64,000 bases of DNA, from assembly GCA_964509605.1 (NCBI GenBank), contig CAZDXF010000001.1, positions 79,619 to 143,618 on the forward strand. The letters are read 5' to 3'. Shown here in pieces: positions 37,580 to 45,505 of the stretch. The notes below the pieces were generated by a model. The model was not told where the DNA came from, searched no databases, and worked only from the letters and a program-made list of their open reading frames with translations. Every line of letters starts with the position of its first letter. Position 1 is the first letter of the stretch. Origin of the DNA: an uncultured Candidatus Saccharibacteria bacterium. GTDB lineage: Bacteria > Patescibacteriota > Minisyncoccia > Phycocordibacterales > Zambryskibacteraceae. Both the position numbers and the translations under genes were made by a program.

Positions 37580-37849
37580 ATGATTCCCCAGGTTTCGTTC
37601 CAAGACCTCGTAAAAGAGGTCAAGGAGCGCCACATTTCGACCGGTGCTCCTCTCACCCTGCTGGTGGGAGAGGCACTCGCAAGATGTGGTACTGCTGATC
37701 CAGAAGCGAAGTGCAAGCTTCTGTCGGCGGTCGTAGGCGAAGTCCCCTCTTGGAAGCAGGTTCGGAGGGGACTCGTGGAAGAACGGCGGGGCCGTAGTGG
37801 CGTGGTATATCGCGCCGAAAACGGCTTCCAGCCAGAGCGGGACGACTAG
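37580..37849 (+). CDS. Hypothetical protein (~90 aa); GC-rich cassette gene
   Basis: Canonical TTGACTTTTT-N17-TAGTAT promoter at ~37501-37535. GGAGGGGGGG Shine-Dalgarno sequence. A hairpin terminator overlaps the stop (GGGACGACUAGUACAGUCGUCCC + U-tract). Coordinates are ±1 nt. Confidence 0.45.
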   Translation: MIPQVSFQDLVKEVKERHISTGAPLTLLVGEALARCGTADPEAKCKLLSAVVGEVPSWKQVRRGLVEERRGRSGVVYRAENGFQPERDD

Positions 37850-37971
37850 TACAGTCGTCCCGTATTTTTTATTTTAAAAATTAAAAAGCGCGCCGTTGAC
37901 TAACTAAATATTTTATACTATTGTTTGCGCTAGCAGTTCCTAAACAAACAAAAACTACTTTGGAGGTATAT

Positions 37972-38544
37972 ATGTCCACCGAAGGACAGACCAACGACTC
38001 AGCCAACGAGCTGATTCGAAGTTTTCCGAAGGACAGAAGGCTCTTTTTGGGCGACACGGTGGATGCAAAAGAGTCTCGCAGACTCATTTCAAGCATCGTA
38101 TCGCTCTCTGCAACTGAAGACCCAATTCTTCTTACCATCAATTCTGGTGGAGGAGGTTTTTGGGAAGGACACTATCTCTATGATGCAATCAGGGTGTGTC
38201 CAGTATCTGTCACAGGTCTTGTGATTGGTACGGCCTCGTCTGTGGCTTGCGTTATCCTGCAGGCCTGCAATCGAAGATTGATCACCAAACACTCCAGAAT
38301 TCTGGTTCACCCTCCGTCTTTCAGAGGAGATGTGGAGTTTGACATTCACTCTGACAACGAGAGGACTCTCCGAGAAATGCGACACTGGTACAAGGAATTC
38401 AGGCGCAATGTGAGGAGAACTGAAGAACTCCTTCTCAATCATTGCAACCTGAACAGGAACCAGCTTCGCAGTCTTATGGAAAAGGAACTGTATCTCGAGT
38501 CTGACGAAGCGCTAAAAATGGGCTTCGTGGATGAAGTGGTTTAG
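37972..38544 (+). CDS. ClpP-family serine peptidase (S14), stand-alone; GC-rich cassette gene
   Basis: RLFLGDTVD...LTINSGGG...YDAI...GTASSVACVIL (Ser)...SRILVHPP (His)...ESDEALKMGFVDEV (Asp) aligns to the ClpP catalytic triad. GGAGG Shine-Dalgarno sequence, TTGACT promoter, and a GC hairpin terminator. About 50% GC. Confidence 0.8.
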   Translation: MSTEGQTNDSANELIRSFPKDRRLFLGDTVDAKESRRLISSIVSLSATEDPILLTINSGGGGFWEGHYLYDAIRVCPVSVTGLVIGTASSVACVILQACNRRLITKHSRILVHPPSFRGDVEFDIHSDNERTLREMRHWYKEFRRNVRRTEELLLNHCNLNRNQLRSLMEKELYLESDEALKMGFVDEVV

Positions 38545-38550
38545 GTTTGG

Positions 38551-38590
38551 AAAGTGCCCGCGACGCCTTGGCGTCGCGGGCCTTTCTCTT
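38551..38590 (+). terminator. Rho-independent terminator
   Basis: AAAGTGCCCGCGACGCCTTGGCGTCGCGGGCCTTTCTCTTTTTC. Confidence 0.65.
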
Positions 38591-38599
38591 TTTCTTATT

Positions 38600-38637
38600 T
38601 TCTGTCCACTGTCTACTAACTATTGTCTACTATCTTA
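38600..38637. repeat. TCTGTCCACTGTCTACTAACTATTGTCTACTATCTTAA motif, copy c
   Basis: Matches copies a and b. It overlaps the stop codon of the convergent Ogt-like gene. Confidence 0.5.
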
Positions 38638-38881
38638 AATACCCCTCTTCAATAAGCTTTTTTCTCTTTGCAAAATTTCCGCCATTGTACCCTCCAATTT
38701 TTCCATCGCTTTTGACAACTCTATGACACGGAATTTTTGAATCGTGATTTTTATTTAAAATATTCCCTACTGCTCTGTATGCTTTTGGTTTCCCCGAAAG
38801 CTGTGCAACCTCTTTGTAAGTCAAAACTTTTCCGCGAGGGATCTTCTTTACCACTGAATATACTTTTTCTTGAAATGTCAT
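38630..38881 (-). CDS. Methylated-DNA-protein-cysteine methyltransferase family protein (DNA-binding/active-site domain only, 83 aa)
   Basis: TYKEVA...AVGNILNKNHDSKIPCHRVV carries the PCHRV active-site motif. It lacks the N-terminal domain. Confidence 0.8.
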   Translation of the reverse strand: MTFQEKVYSVVKKIPRGKVLTYKEVAQLSGKPKAYRAVGNILNKNHDSKIPCHRVVKSDGKIGGYNGGNFAKRKKLIEEGYLR

Positions 38882-38946
38882 AAATTAATAATAACAAACC
38901 CCCGCCGAGACAAAATCTCGGCGGGGGGCCAGTAATTCGTTCGGGC

Positions 38947-39267
38947 TCAAGCCCTCTGCGAAGCCGAGGCTCCGCTTCGCTTCCTCTGCCTTCTCACCCT
39001 CGGATGAAAACGCCACTTGCGAATGGCCCCACCCCCACGCTGGACAAAAACTCCGAAGCGCAGAGACCTCTCCCCTTCAAGCATCTGAACAATCTTGTGG
39101 GGCATCTCCCAGAGATTTCTCCTCTCCCCGTCACCGCAGAGCTTGTCCATATGGAGATTCTCTTCGCAGACGATCTGGGCGATGACTTGGTTGGTGTGAC
39201 TGTCCATCGGCTCCACGAACCAGCGATACTCCCGCCTCTTCTTCTCCAACAAATATCTCGTCGGCAT
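38947..39267 (-). CDS. Hypothetical protein (106 aa); GC-rich cassette gene
   Basis: About 58% GC. GGAGGAG lies immediately upstream of the ATG. A strong terminator (CCCCCGCCGAGA/UCUCGGCGGGGG + UUUGUU) lies downstream at ~38895-38935. Overlapping alternative-frame ORFs make the frame call tentative. Confidence 0.4.
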   Translation of the reverse strand: MPTRYLLEKKRREYRWFVEPMDSHTNQVIAQIVCEENLHMDKLCGDGERRNLWEMPHKIVQMLEGERSLRFGVFVQRGGGAIRKWRFHPRVRRQRKRSGASASQRA

Positions 39268-39329
39268 TTCTCCTCCAAGGTGGAAGTGTGGTGTTCAACT
39301 CTATTTACAATACGATTTTTATATAAAAA

Positions 39330-39370
39330 ATCAAATAAATAAAAACACTGCGCAATTTGAATTGCGCAGT
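39330..39370. terminator. Bidirectional terminator (12-bp perfect stem flanked by A5/T5), plus a second hairpin at 39386-39410
   Basis: AAAAACACTGCGCAATTTGAATTGCGCAGTGTTTTT, followed by CGTGTCGACCTGGCAGGTCGACACG. Confidence 0.55.
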
Positions 39371-39416
39371 GTTTTTATCACCAACCCGTGTCGACCTGGC
39401 AGGTCGACACGCTTTT

Positions 39417-39800
39417 CTATTTAAACCATTCTCTAAAACTTTTTGGCCAACCCACAAGCAAAAGAAGAGCAAGTGGGGCTCCCCAGTTTGACCACCTTTC
39501 AACAAAGTCCCAAATCGGATCAGGTCCGACTGGCCAGCGAATCATTGCTGTCCACAAGCCCCAGATAGCCATCCAAAGCAATGCAATCCTAATTGGCTTT
39601 ATCAATACCAAAATAGCAAGCGCTATATCCAAAATACCAACAATAAGCAAAAGTGTTGTAATTGTCTCTGGATTATTTATACCTACTGAATAAAAATACT
39701 TAAACCAACCCTCTTTCCCCTGCAGAGCGAACATGCCGTGTCCAAAAAATGAACCGGCCGTAGCAATCCGCAAAACCCACATAGCAGATTTTGTATTCAT
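39417..39800 (-). CDS. DoxX-family membrane protein
   Basis: Four TM helices. N-terminus VLRIATAGSFFGHGMFALQGK is typical of DoxX. Confidence 0.7.
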   Translation of the reverse strand: MNTKSAMWVLRIATAGSFFGHGMFALQGKEGWFKYFYSVGINNPETITTLLLIVGILDIALAILVLIKPIRIALLWMAIWGLWTAMIRWPVGPDPIWDFVERWSNWGAPLALLLLVGWPKSFREWFK

Positions 39801-39901
39801 ATTTTTAAATTACTAATAATTAATACCTCTTGTATAAATTGTACCCCCGATTGTATTGAGCCCTGTGAATACAGAAAAATAACTTAGTGTAGAATTAGAT
39901 T

Positions 39902-40159
39902 ATGGAAAATACAAAAGAAGAGAAAGAGTTGATAGATAAAACAACAGAAAAAGTATTAGATGTCTTGGGTAAAAGCCGACCGGTAAAGCACATCCGCAGG
40001 AGCCAAATAATGTCCGCGCTTGCTGGTGCCATCGGCTTTGCATTGTTTATAGACGGAGTAAGTAAAATGTTTGAGGATTTTTCCGCTATTTCTACCCTTT
40101 CAATCGGCTTAGTTTTGATGCTTGCAACAGGACTTCTCTTAAAAAATTTGTATAGATAG
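39902..40159 (+). CDS. Small hypothetical membrane protein (85 aa)
   Basis: Two hydrophobic helices and AT-rich native codon usage. Confidence 0.4.
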   Translation: MENTKEEKELIDKTTEKVLDVLGKSRPVKHIRRSQIMSALAGAIGFALFIDGVSKMFEDFSAISTLSIGLVLMLATGLLLKNLYR

Positions 40160-40175
40160 AGATCTCATCACCAGA

Positions 40176-40195
40176 CACGACCCTACCGGGAATCG
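40176..40195. repeat. Direct repeat of the 3' end of tRNA-Glu (19/20 identical to 40356..40375), att-like
   Basis: CACGACCCTACCGGGAATCG versus CATGACCCTACCGGGAATCG. The upstream copy has no complete tRNA body. Confidence 0.5.
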
Positions 40196-40357
40196 GTCAC
40201 AAGTCCAATTCATTCTGAATTGGCTCGCGACCCCGACTCGGCAACCCCGCCCTCTAATTAGAGGGCGGGGGCTTCGCGCCTCTGTCTTTCGATTCCCAGT
40301 ATGGAACCCTGTGGGTACTAAAAATCCGATGCTCTCGCATCGGATCTTAAGTACCCA

Positions 40358-40429
40358 TGACCCTACCGGGAATCGAACCCGGCTTTGGAGCTTGAGAAGC
40401 TCCCGTCCTAACCGATAGACGATAGGGCC
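40358..40429 (-). tRNA. tRNA-Glu (anticodon CUC)
   Basis: Manual cloverleaf. Acceptor GGCCCUA/UAGGGUC, D-arm GUCU/GGAC with a GG loop, anticodon stem GGAGC/GCUCC with loop UUCUCAA, T-arm CCGGG-UUCGAUU-CCCGG, discriminator A. No encoded CCA. Confidence 0.85.
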
Positions 40430-40527
40430 GTTAAACAGAAGTTAAGAATAAAGAAATAAGAATGAAGAATCAAGAAGTGCTAAAAATCTTTCACCATTCG
40501 CCTTTCGATATTCATTATTCTCCCGCT

Positions 40528-41820
40528 TCAGCGCGCCTTCCATTCCTCCTCCTGCCTGCAAAGCAAAATTTCCTTTTTTTCGGGATGAGCCATCACCTCT
40601 TCTACCGCTTTTTCCATTCTCACCCCCTGCGAACCCTTTATCAAAACAACATCTCCGGACCCCACAATAAGCCCTACTTGTTTTCCTGCTGAAACAGAGT
40701 CTTCAAATTGAAATATCTTTTCTCCCGACATACCAGCATTTATAGCGCCTTCGGCAAAAAACCTTGCACGCACTCCCGCCGTTATTAAGACATCGCAAAT
40801 TTCGGCACACCTCTCCCCCGCTTTTTTGTGTTCTTCAGTAGAGTGAACTCCAAGCTCAAGCATATCTCCAAGCACAGCAATCTTCTTGCCGTTAACTTTT
40901 ATTTCACTCAAAGTATTTAACGCTTCTTCAAGAGCAACAGGAGAAGAGTTGTAAGAATCATCTATAATCACAGATTCTTTAACCCCAGAAATAAGTCTCA
41001 TCCTTCCAGGAGGCAAAGAAAAATCTTCAAACGCTTTGGCCATCTTTTTTAGAGGAAAGTCCAAAGCGTGCCCCACCGACAATCCGGCCAGAGCTATGTA
41101 CATTTGTTGCAAGCCAAGCGCGCCTTTAATAAAAACATCGGCAGTCTCATCCAAATGTACCGCTCTAAAAGAAACTCCCACAGGCCTCCCTTCTTCATTA
41201 TAAGTAATATGAAAATTCTCCCCTCTTATTGTTGCTAAATCATTTTTACCAAAAAATATTTTTTTGTTTTCAGTCAGCCCCTGAAAAGAGTAAACGTCTT
41301 CGTCATCTGAATTTAAAATAGCAATACCCCCTTTGCTCATATTTCTAATCAGGAAACTTTTTTCCTGAAGCACTTCCCCCACCGATCTAAAATATTCAAC
41401 ATGCACGGGAATCTTTGAAAGCTTAGTAACAACAGAAATATCGGGCTTCAGCCACTCTGTCACAACCTGAATATCTCTGGGCCTATCTGCGCCAACTTCC
41501 AAAACAAGCCAGTCCGGATAGTGATTTGGCAATAAAATTAGAGCAAAACCGTCCAAAATGTTTTTAAGCCACCCCAGGGGATTATTCCAAGCATTCGGAC
41601 AATTTAAAATAGTGAGAGGAACTCCAATTTCGCTGTTAAAACTTTTATTGCTTTTTCTAACATAAACAAATTTATTCAAAACAGCATCAATGGCATCTTT
41701 GGTACCAGTTTTCCCAACACTTCCTGTAACCGCAACAATTTTGGGCTTATATTTTCTAAGTACTGCCTTGGCCTGCCAAGTTATTATTGCAACTATTATT
41801 GATTTAAAAACCGATTTCAT
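40528..41820 (-). CDS. murF: UDP-MurNAc-tripeptide--D-Ala-D-Ala ligase MurF
   Basis: Mur ligase P-loop VTGSVGKTGTKD and Mur ligase middle and C-terminal domains. It lies in the dcw block. Confidence 0.9.
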   Translation of the reverse strand: MKSVFKSIIVAIITWQAKAVLRKYKPKIVAVTGSVGKTGTKDAIDAVLNKFVYVRKSNKSFNSEIGVPLTILNCPNAWNNPLGWLKNILDGFALILLPNHYPDWLVLEVGADRPRDIQVVTEWLKPDISVVTKLSKIPVHVEYFRSVGEVLQEKSFLIRNMSKGGIAILNSDDEDVYSFQGLTENKKIFFGKNDLATIRGENFHITYNEEGRPVGVSFRAVHLDETADVFIKGALGLQQMYIALAGLSVGHALDFPLKKMAKAFEDFSLPPGRMRLISGVKESVIIDDSYNSSPVALEEALNTLSEIKVNGKKIAVLGDMLELGVHSTEEHKKAGERCAEICDVLITAGVRARFFAEGAINAGMSGEKIFQFEDSVSAGKQVGLIVGSGDVVLIKGSQGVRMEKAVEEVMAHPEKKEILLCRQEEEWKAR

Positions 41821-41884
41821 TCTTATTTTCTATATTTATACTTCTTTCATCTTTCTATTTTCAGCTTTCCTCATTCCTCCCCCC

Positions 41885-43594
41885 TTATCTATCCGGCGGA
41901 ATTTCGTAATAATTTATAAGAAACTTGGTTATATCCATAAAAGAATGGGTCAATGTCTCAGAGGCATACCTTACACCCTTTGGATAGACGGTGTAAAGGA
42001 AAACTATAAACTTTGGATCATAAGCTGGAAAGTATCCGAAAAAAGAGTGTAGATACCTATCATCATAATATCCAGACTGATTTTCCCTCGCAATCTGAGC
42101 TGTTCCTGTTTTTGCTGCGACAGAATAGTTTGGCAATTTGGCGGTTCCTCCCAAAAGAGCGGTGTCCACAGTGTTTACAAGCATTCTTGTAATTTCTTCT
42201 GAAGTTTCTTCTTTCAAAACTCTTTTAGGCGGATTTGGAGTAATTTTTTTTGATCCGCCAATTTTATAATTTATCCTTTTTACTATATGAGGACTTACAA
42301 GCAAACCTCCGTTGCCTAAAGTAGCTAATGCTCTCACTGTAGCAATCGGAGTAAGAGCAATACCTTGTCCAAACGAAGCGGTGGCGTATTCAATATCACG
42401 AGGGCTACTTAAGTTGGAAACCAGTCCGTGTGTCTCGCTCGGAAGATCAATCCCCGTTTCTTTTCCTATGCCAAAATCGAGCATATATCTGGCAAAATTT
42501 TCTTTGCCCATTTGCTTGACTGCAAATGCGACTCCCGTGTTTAGAGACTGATTCAAAACTTCTTGCATATTCACAGTCCCTCTGGCTTTTCCGTCAAAAT
42601 TGGAAAATGTCCTGTTGTTTAAAGTTATAGCACCAGAGTCGTAATATGTCGTATTTGCTGAAATGGCTCCTGTATCAATACCCGCAGCGATAGTAAGTGG
42701 CTTTATAATAGATCCCATTTCATAGACATTTTCCACCATCGGATTTGAAAAAACTCTTGGATCCTTTTGCTCTTGAAAATTGTTTAGGTCAAAAGAAGGC
42801 GCCATTGACATGGCATATATAGAACCCGTCTTTGGATCCATAATTATTCCGCCAGAATAATCGGAATTCCATTTTTCATTTATTTTTTTAAGCTCTTGTT
42901 CAAAAAAAGCTTCAACAGTCGGCTCTATGCTCGTAACTAAATCGCCTTCCAAAGATTTGTCTTTTGAAAAAGAATCCTGGATGTTTGAAAAAATTTCAGC
43001 AAAAAAGTTTACAAAAACGCTATCGTTTTCTCTATTTAAAACCTCCTCATAATATCTCTCCAAACCATACCTTCCCGCCAATTCGTGCTCTTTATAAGCC
43101 AAAAAACCCAAAACATGAGCCCCCATAGAGCCTCCGGGATAAAATCTCCATCTCTCTCTATAAAGCCGAACTCCGGGCAATTCCATTTTTTCTATTACAT
43201 CGGCCTTGTCCAAAGGAACGCGCCTTGCTATCTCAACATAGCTTTTTGTCTTATCTCTAGCTTTCGCCAAAAAATCTTCTCTGTCTAAGACAACAGCTTC
43301 CGAAAGTTTTTCAAAAACCGCCTCTTCATTTTCAACAAAAGACGGTGCTAAGGCCAAAATAAAACCCGTCTTTAAAGTGGCAGCTGGAATTTGATCCCCT
43401 CCTTTTGATTCAAAAAAAATACTGCCTCGGTTGAAATAGTCGTAGCTAGATCTCAAGTATTGCCTGTCAGCCCTTTCACTAAACTCTTCTCCAGAAACAA
43501 TTTGCACGGCATAAAGCTTCCCAATAAGAATTAGTGCGAAAACAAGTATAAAAATAGAAAGCACTCTTATTCGGGTTACTGAAACCGATTTCAT
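41885..43594 (-). CDS. ftsI: Class B penicillin-binding protein (FtsI-like transpeptidase)
   Basis: N-terminal TM segment, a dimerisation domain, and SxxK (SIIKP), SxN and KTGT motifs. It lies between ftsL and murF. Confidence 0.9.
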   Translation of the reverse strand: MKSVSVTRIRVLSIFILVFALILIGKLYAVQIVSGEEFSERADRQYLRSSYDYFNRGSIFFESKGGDQIPAATLKTGFILALAPSFVENEEAVFEKLSEAVVLDREDFLAKARDKTKSYVEIARRVPLDKADVIEKMELPGVRLYRERWRFYPGGSMGAHVLGFLAYKEHELAGRYGLERYYEEVLNRENDSVFVNFFAEIFSNIQDSFSKDKSLEGDLVTSIEPTVEAFFEQELKKINEKWNSDYSGGIIMDPKTGSIYAMSMAPSFDLNNFQEQKDPRVFSNPMVENVYEMGSIIKPLTIAAGIDTGAISANTTYYDSGAITLNNRTFSNFDGKARGTVNMQEVLNQSLNTGVAFAVKQMGKENFARYMLDFGIGKETGIDLPSETHGLVSNLSSPRDIEYATASFGQGIALTPIATVRALATLGNGGLLVSPHIVKRINYKIGGSKKITPNPPKRVLKEETSEEITRMLVNTVDTALLGGTAKLPNYSVAAKTGTAQIARENQSGYYDDRYLHSFFGYFPAYDPKFIVFLYTVYPKGVRYASETLTHSFMDITKFLINYYEIPPDR

Positions 43595-43638
43595 CTTTAT
43601 TATTCTAACCTAATGATCTAAAACTGACTCGGAAAATT

Positions 43639-43971
43639 CTATTGTCGTGAAGATCCCTGAGAAGCCAAAGCCACCGAAGATTTTCTGGAAACATATTTTA
43701 TATCTTGGCTTGTCTCAAAACCGATAGAGTGAGCCAAGGAAAGATCTATGCCATTTTTAATGGAAATATATTTAAATTCGTATTCTCCTATCTGTGCAGA
43801 AAGGTTTGAAAATTCTGTTTGCAAAGACTGCCTTTTGGCCACATTTCTAACAGTCTTGTTTATCGCGTATATGTAAAAACAAAGCGAGAAAACAATAGCA
43901 AAAACAAGCAACCAGACTAAAGGCTTTATATTTTGTAAAACTAATGTTCTTGCTTTGTAAACTTTTGTCAT
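43639..43971 (-). CDS. ftsL: Cell division protein FtsL-like
   Basis: 110-aa bitopic protein with a single TM helix and a coiled coil. Its position between rsmH and ftsI supports the call. Confidence 0.7.
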   Translation of the reverse strand: MTKVYKARTLVLQNIKPLVWLLVFAIVFSLCFYIYAINKTVRNVAKRQSLQTEFSNLSAQIGEYEFKYISIKNGIDLSLAHSIGFETSQDIKYVSRKSSVALASQGSSRQ

Positions 43972-44862
43972 TTATTTTTTCTCAATAATTCTTAGTTTGG
44001 CACTTCTTGAACGGGGGTTTGAAGAAATTTCTTCTTCTCCTGGAGTAATGGGTTTTTTGTTTATGAGAATTGCCTTTTCATCTTTTGCAAGTTCTCTAAA
44101 GAAGTTTTTGACTATACGGTCCTCTAAGCTATGAAAAGAAATCACTGCCATCCTTCCCTCTTTTGAGAGCTTTTGGAAGCCCTGTTTCAGCCCTTCTGCC
44201 AGAGCACCGAGTTCGTCGTTTACTGCAATGCGTAGAGCTTGAAATGTTCGGGTGGCCGGATGTATTCGTCCGTGGTGATATGCTTTTGGGGTAGCAGACA
44301 AAATTATTTCTACGAGATCGTTTGTGGTTTCAATCTTTTTCTCTTTCCTTCTCTCTTCTATCTTGTTTGCAATCCTCAAAGCAAACCTTTCTTCTCCGTA
44401 ATTTTTTATGACATCTGCAATTTCTTTGGGGCTCCAGTAATTTACGATTTCGTATGCAGTGAGCTCTCCTTCTCTACTCGGTTTGAACATTGTCATCATA
44501 AGGGGTTCATTTCTTTTAAAAGAGAAACCTCTTCCCGACTCTTCTATTTGATTTGAAGAAACTCCAATATCAAGAAGAATTTTGTCTACTGATTTTATTT
44601 CCAAACCGTCCAAGATACTTCCAAGATTTCTAAAAGAGTCTTCCACGAACTCTATGTTTGCAAGAGTGTCTTTCAAGTTTTCTTTACTGCGATCTATTGC
44701 ATCTCTGTCTACATCGATGCCGATAATTCGCACACTTGAACCAAACAACTCTGCGACATACTTTGAGTGGCCTCCACCTCCCAAAGTACAATCTACAAAA
44801 ATATCTCCTGGATCTATATCAAGTCCCGCTATCGCTTCTTTTAAAAGAACACTTTTGTGCAT
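43972..44862 (-). CDS. rsmH: 16S rRNA (cytosine1402-N4)-methyltransferase RsmH (MraW)
   Basis: MHKSVLLKEAIAGLDIDPGDIFVDCTLGGGGHS is the canonical RsmH N-terminus. Confidence 0.95.
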   Translation of the reverse strand: MHKSVLLKEAIAGLDIDPGDIFVDCTLGGGGHSKYVAELFGSSVRIIGIDVDRDAIDRSKENLKDTLANIEFVEDSFRNLGSILDGLEIKSVDKILLDIGVSSNQIEESGRGFSFKRNEPLMMTMFKPSREGELTAYEIVNYWSPKEIADVIKNYGEERFALRIANKIEERRKEKKIETTNDLVEIILSATPKAYHHGRIHPATRTFQALRIAVNDELGALAEGLKQGFQKLSKEGRMAVISFHSLEDRIVKNFFRELAKDEKAILINKKPITPGEEEISSNPRSRSAKLRIIEKK

Positions 44863-44895
44863 GCTAGTTACTAGATACTGATCACTAGCTACTAG

Positions 44896-45354
44896 TTAGA
44901 ACACTCCTATCTCGCCGAGCTTTTCTGCAGCAGAGTCGGCTTGTTTTTCAATACGCCTGCTGTAGTCGCTCCACTCTTTGTCGTTCCATATTTCAACTCT
45001 GTTATAGACTCCCGCCAAGACCACTTTGCTTTTCAAATTTGCATAGTCTCGCAAAAAGTCAGGAATCAAAATACGACCGACAGAATCAACTTCGACCTCA
45101 CTCGCTCCGGCAAGCATGAAGCGTGCAATGTCTCGCTGATCTCTTGAACCCATGAGAAGACTGCCAAGTTTTTTTGCCATTTCATTCCAAACATTTGAAG
45201 TAAACACAAAAAGACAGGCATCGAAGCCTCTTGTTACGATAATTTTTTTTCCAAGATCTCGGCGAAACTTGGAGGGGAGAGATATTCTCTTTTTATCGTC
45301 GACGACATGTGTGTATTCTCCAATAAATGTCATAGCAAATTCCACTTTTCCCAC
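44896..45354 (-). CDS. mraZ: Transcriptional regulator MraZ
   Basis: FIGEYTHVVDDKKRISLPSKFR with duplicated SpoVT/AbrB-like halves. It is the first gene of the dcw block. Confidence 0.9.
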   Translation of the reverse strand: MGKVEFAMTFIGEYTHVVDDKKRISLPSKFRRDLGKKIIVTRGFDACLFVFTSNVWNEMAKKLGSLLMGSRDQRDIARFMLAGASEVEVDSVGRILIPDFLRDYANLKSKVVLAGVYNRVEIWNDKEWSDYSRRIEKQADSAAEKLGEIGVF

Positions 45355-45444
45355 TTCTTCCCACTTAACTACAAGTGTAAAACACTTACTCCCACTCAGT
45401 GAAACTTTTTATCCACATTTTTGGTGAACTTCCGTTCACTAATA

Positions 45445-45490
45445 AAAAGAAAACCCACACGACACCTGGAATGGTGTCGTGTGGGAATTT
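45445..45490 (-). terminator. Rho-independent terminator of the GC-rich three-gene operon
   Basis: On the minus strand: CCCACACGACACCAUUCCAGGUGUCGUGUGGG + UUUUCUUUUU. Confidence 0.65.
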
Positions 45491-45505
45491 AGGAACAACT
45501 TTGTA

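Noticed and set aside
26441-38640. CRISPR array (TACTGTCTACT-type short direct repeats)
   Set aside because: Repeat units are only ~10 nt, irregularly spaced and degenerate. There is no constant repeat/spacer periodicity and no cas genes.
39004-39342. Alternative-frame ORFs (plus 112 aa, minus 94 aa) overlapping the GC-rich 38947..39267 gene
   Set aside because: They are mutually exclusive frames in a 58% GC patch. I kept the frame with an adjacent GGAGG and a downstream terminator, but frame choice here is uncertain.
40176-40300. Second tRNA gene next to tRNA-Glu
   Set aside because: Only the 3' ~20 nt resemble a tRNA. No acceptor, D-arm or anticodon arm can be folded, so I treat it as an att-like partial duplicate.
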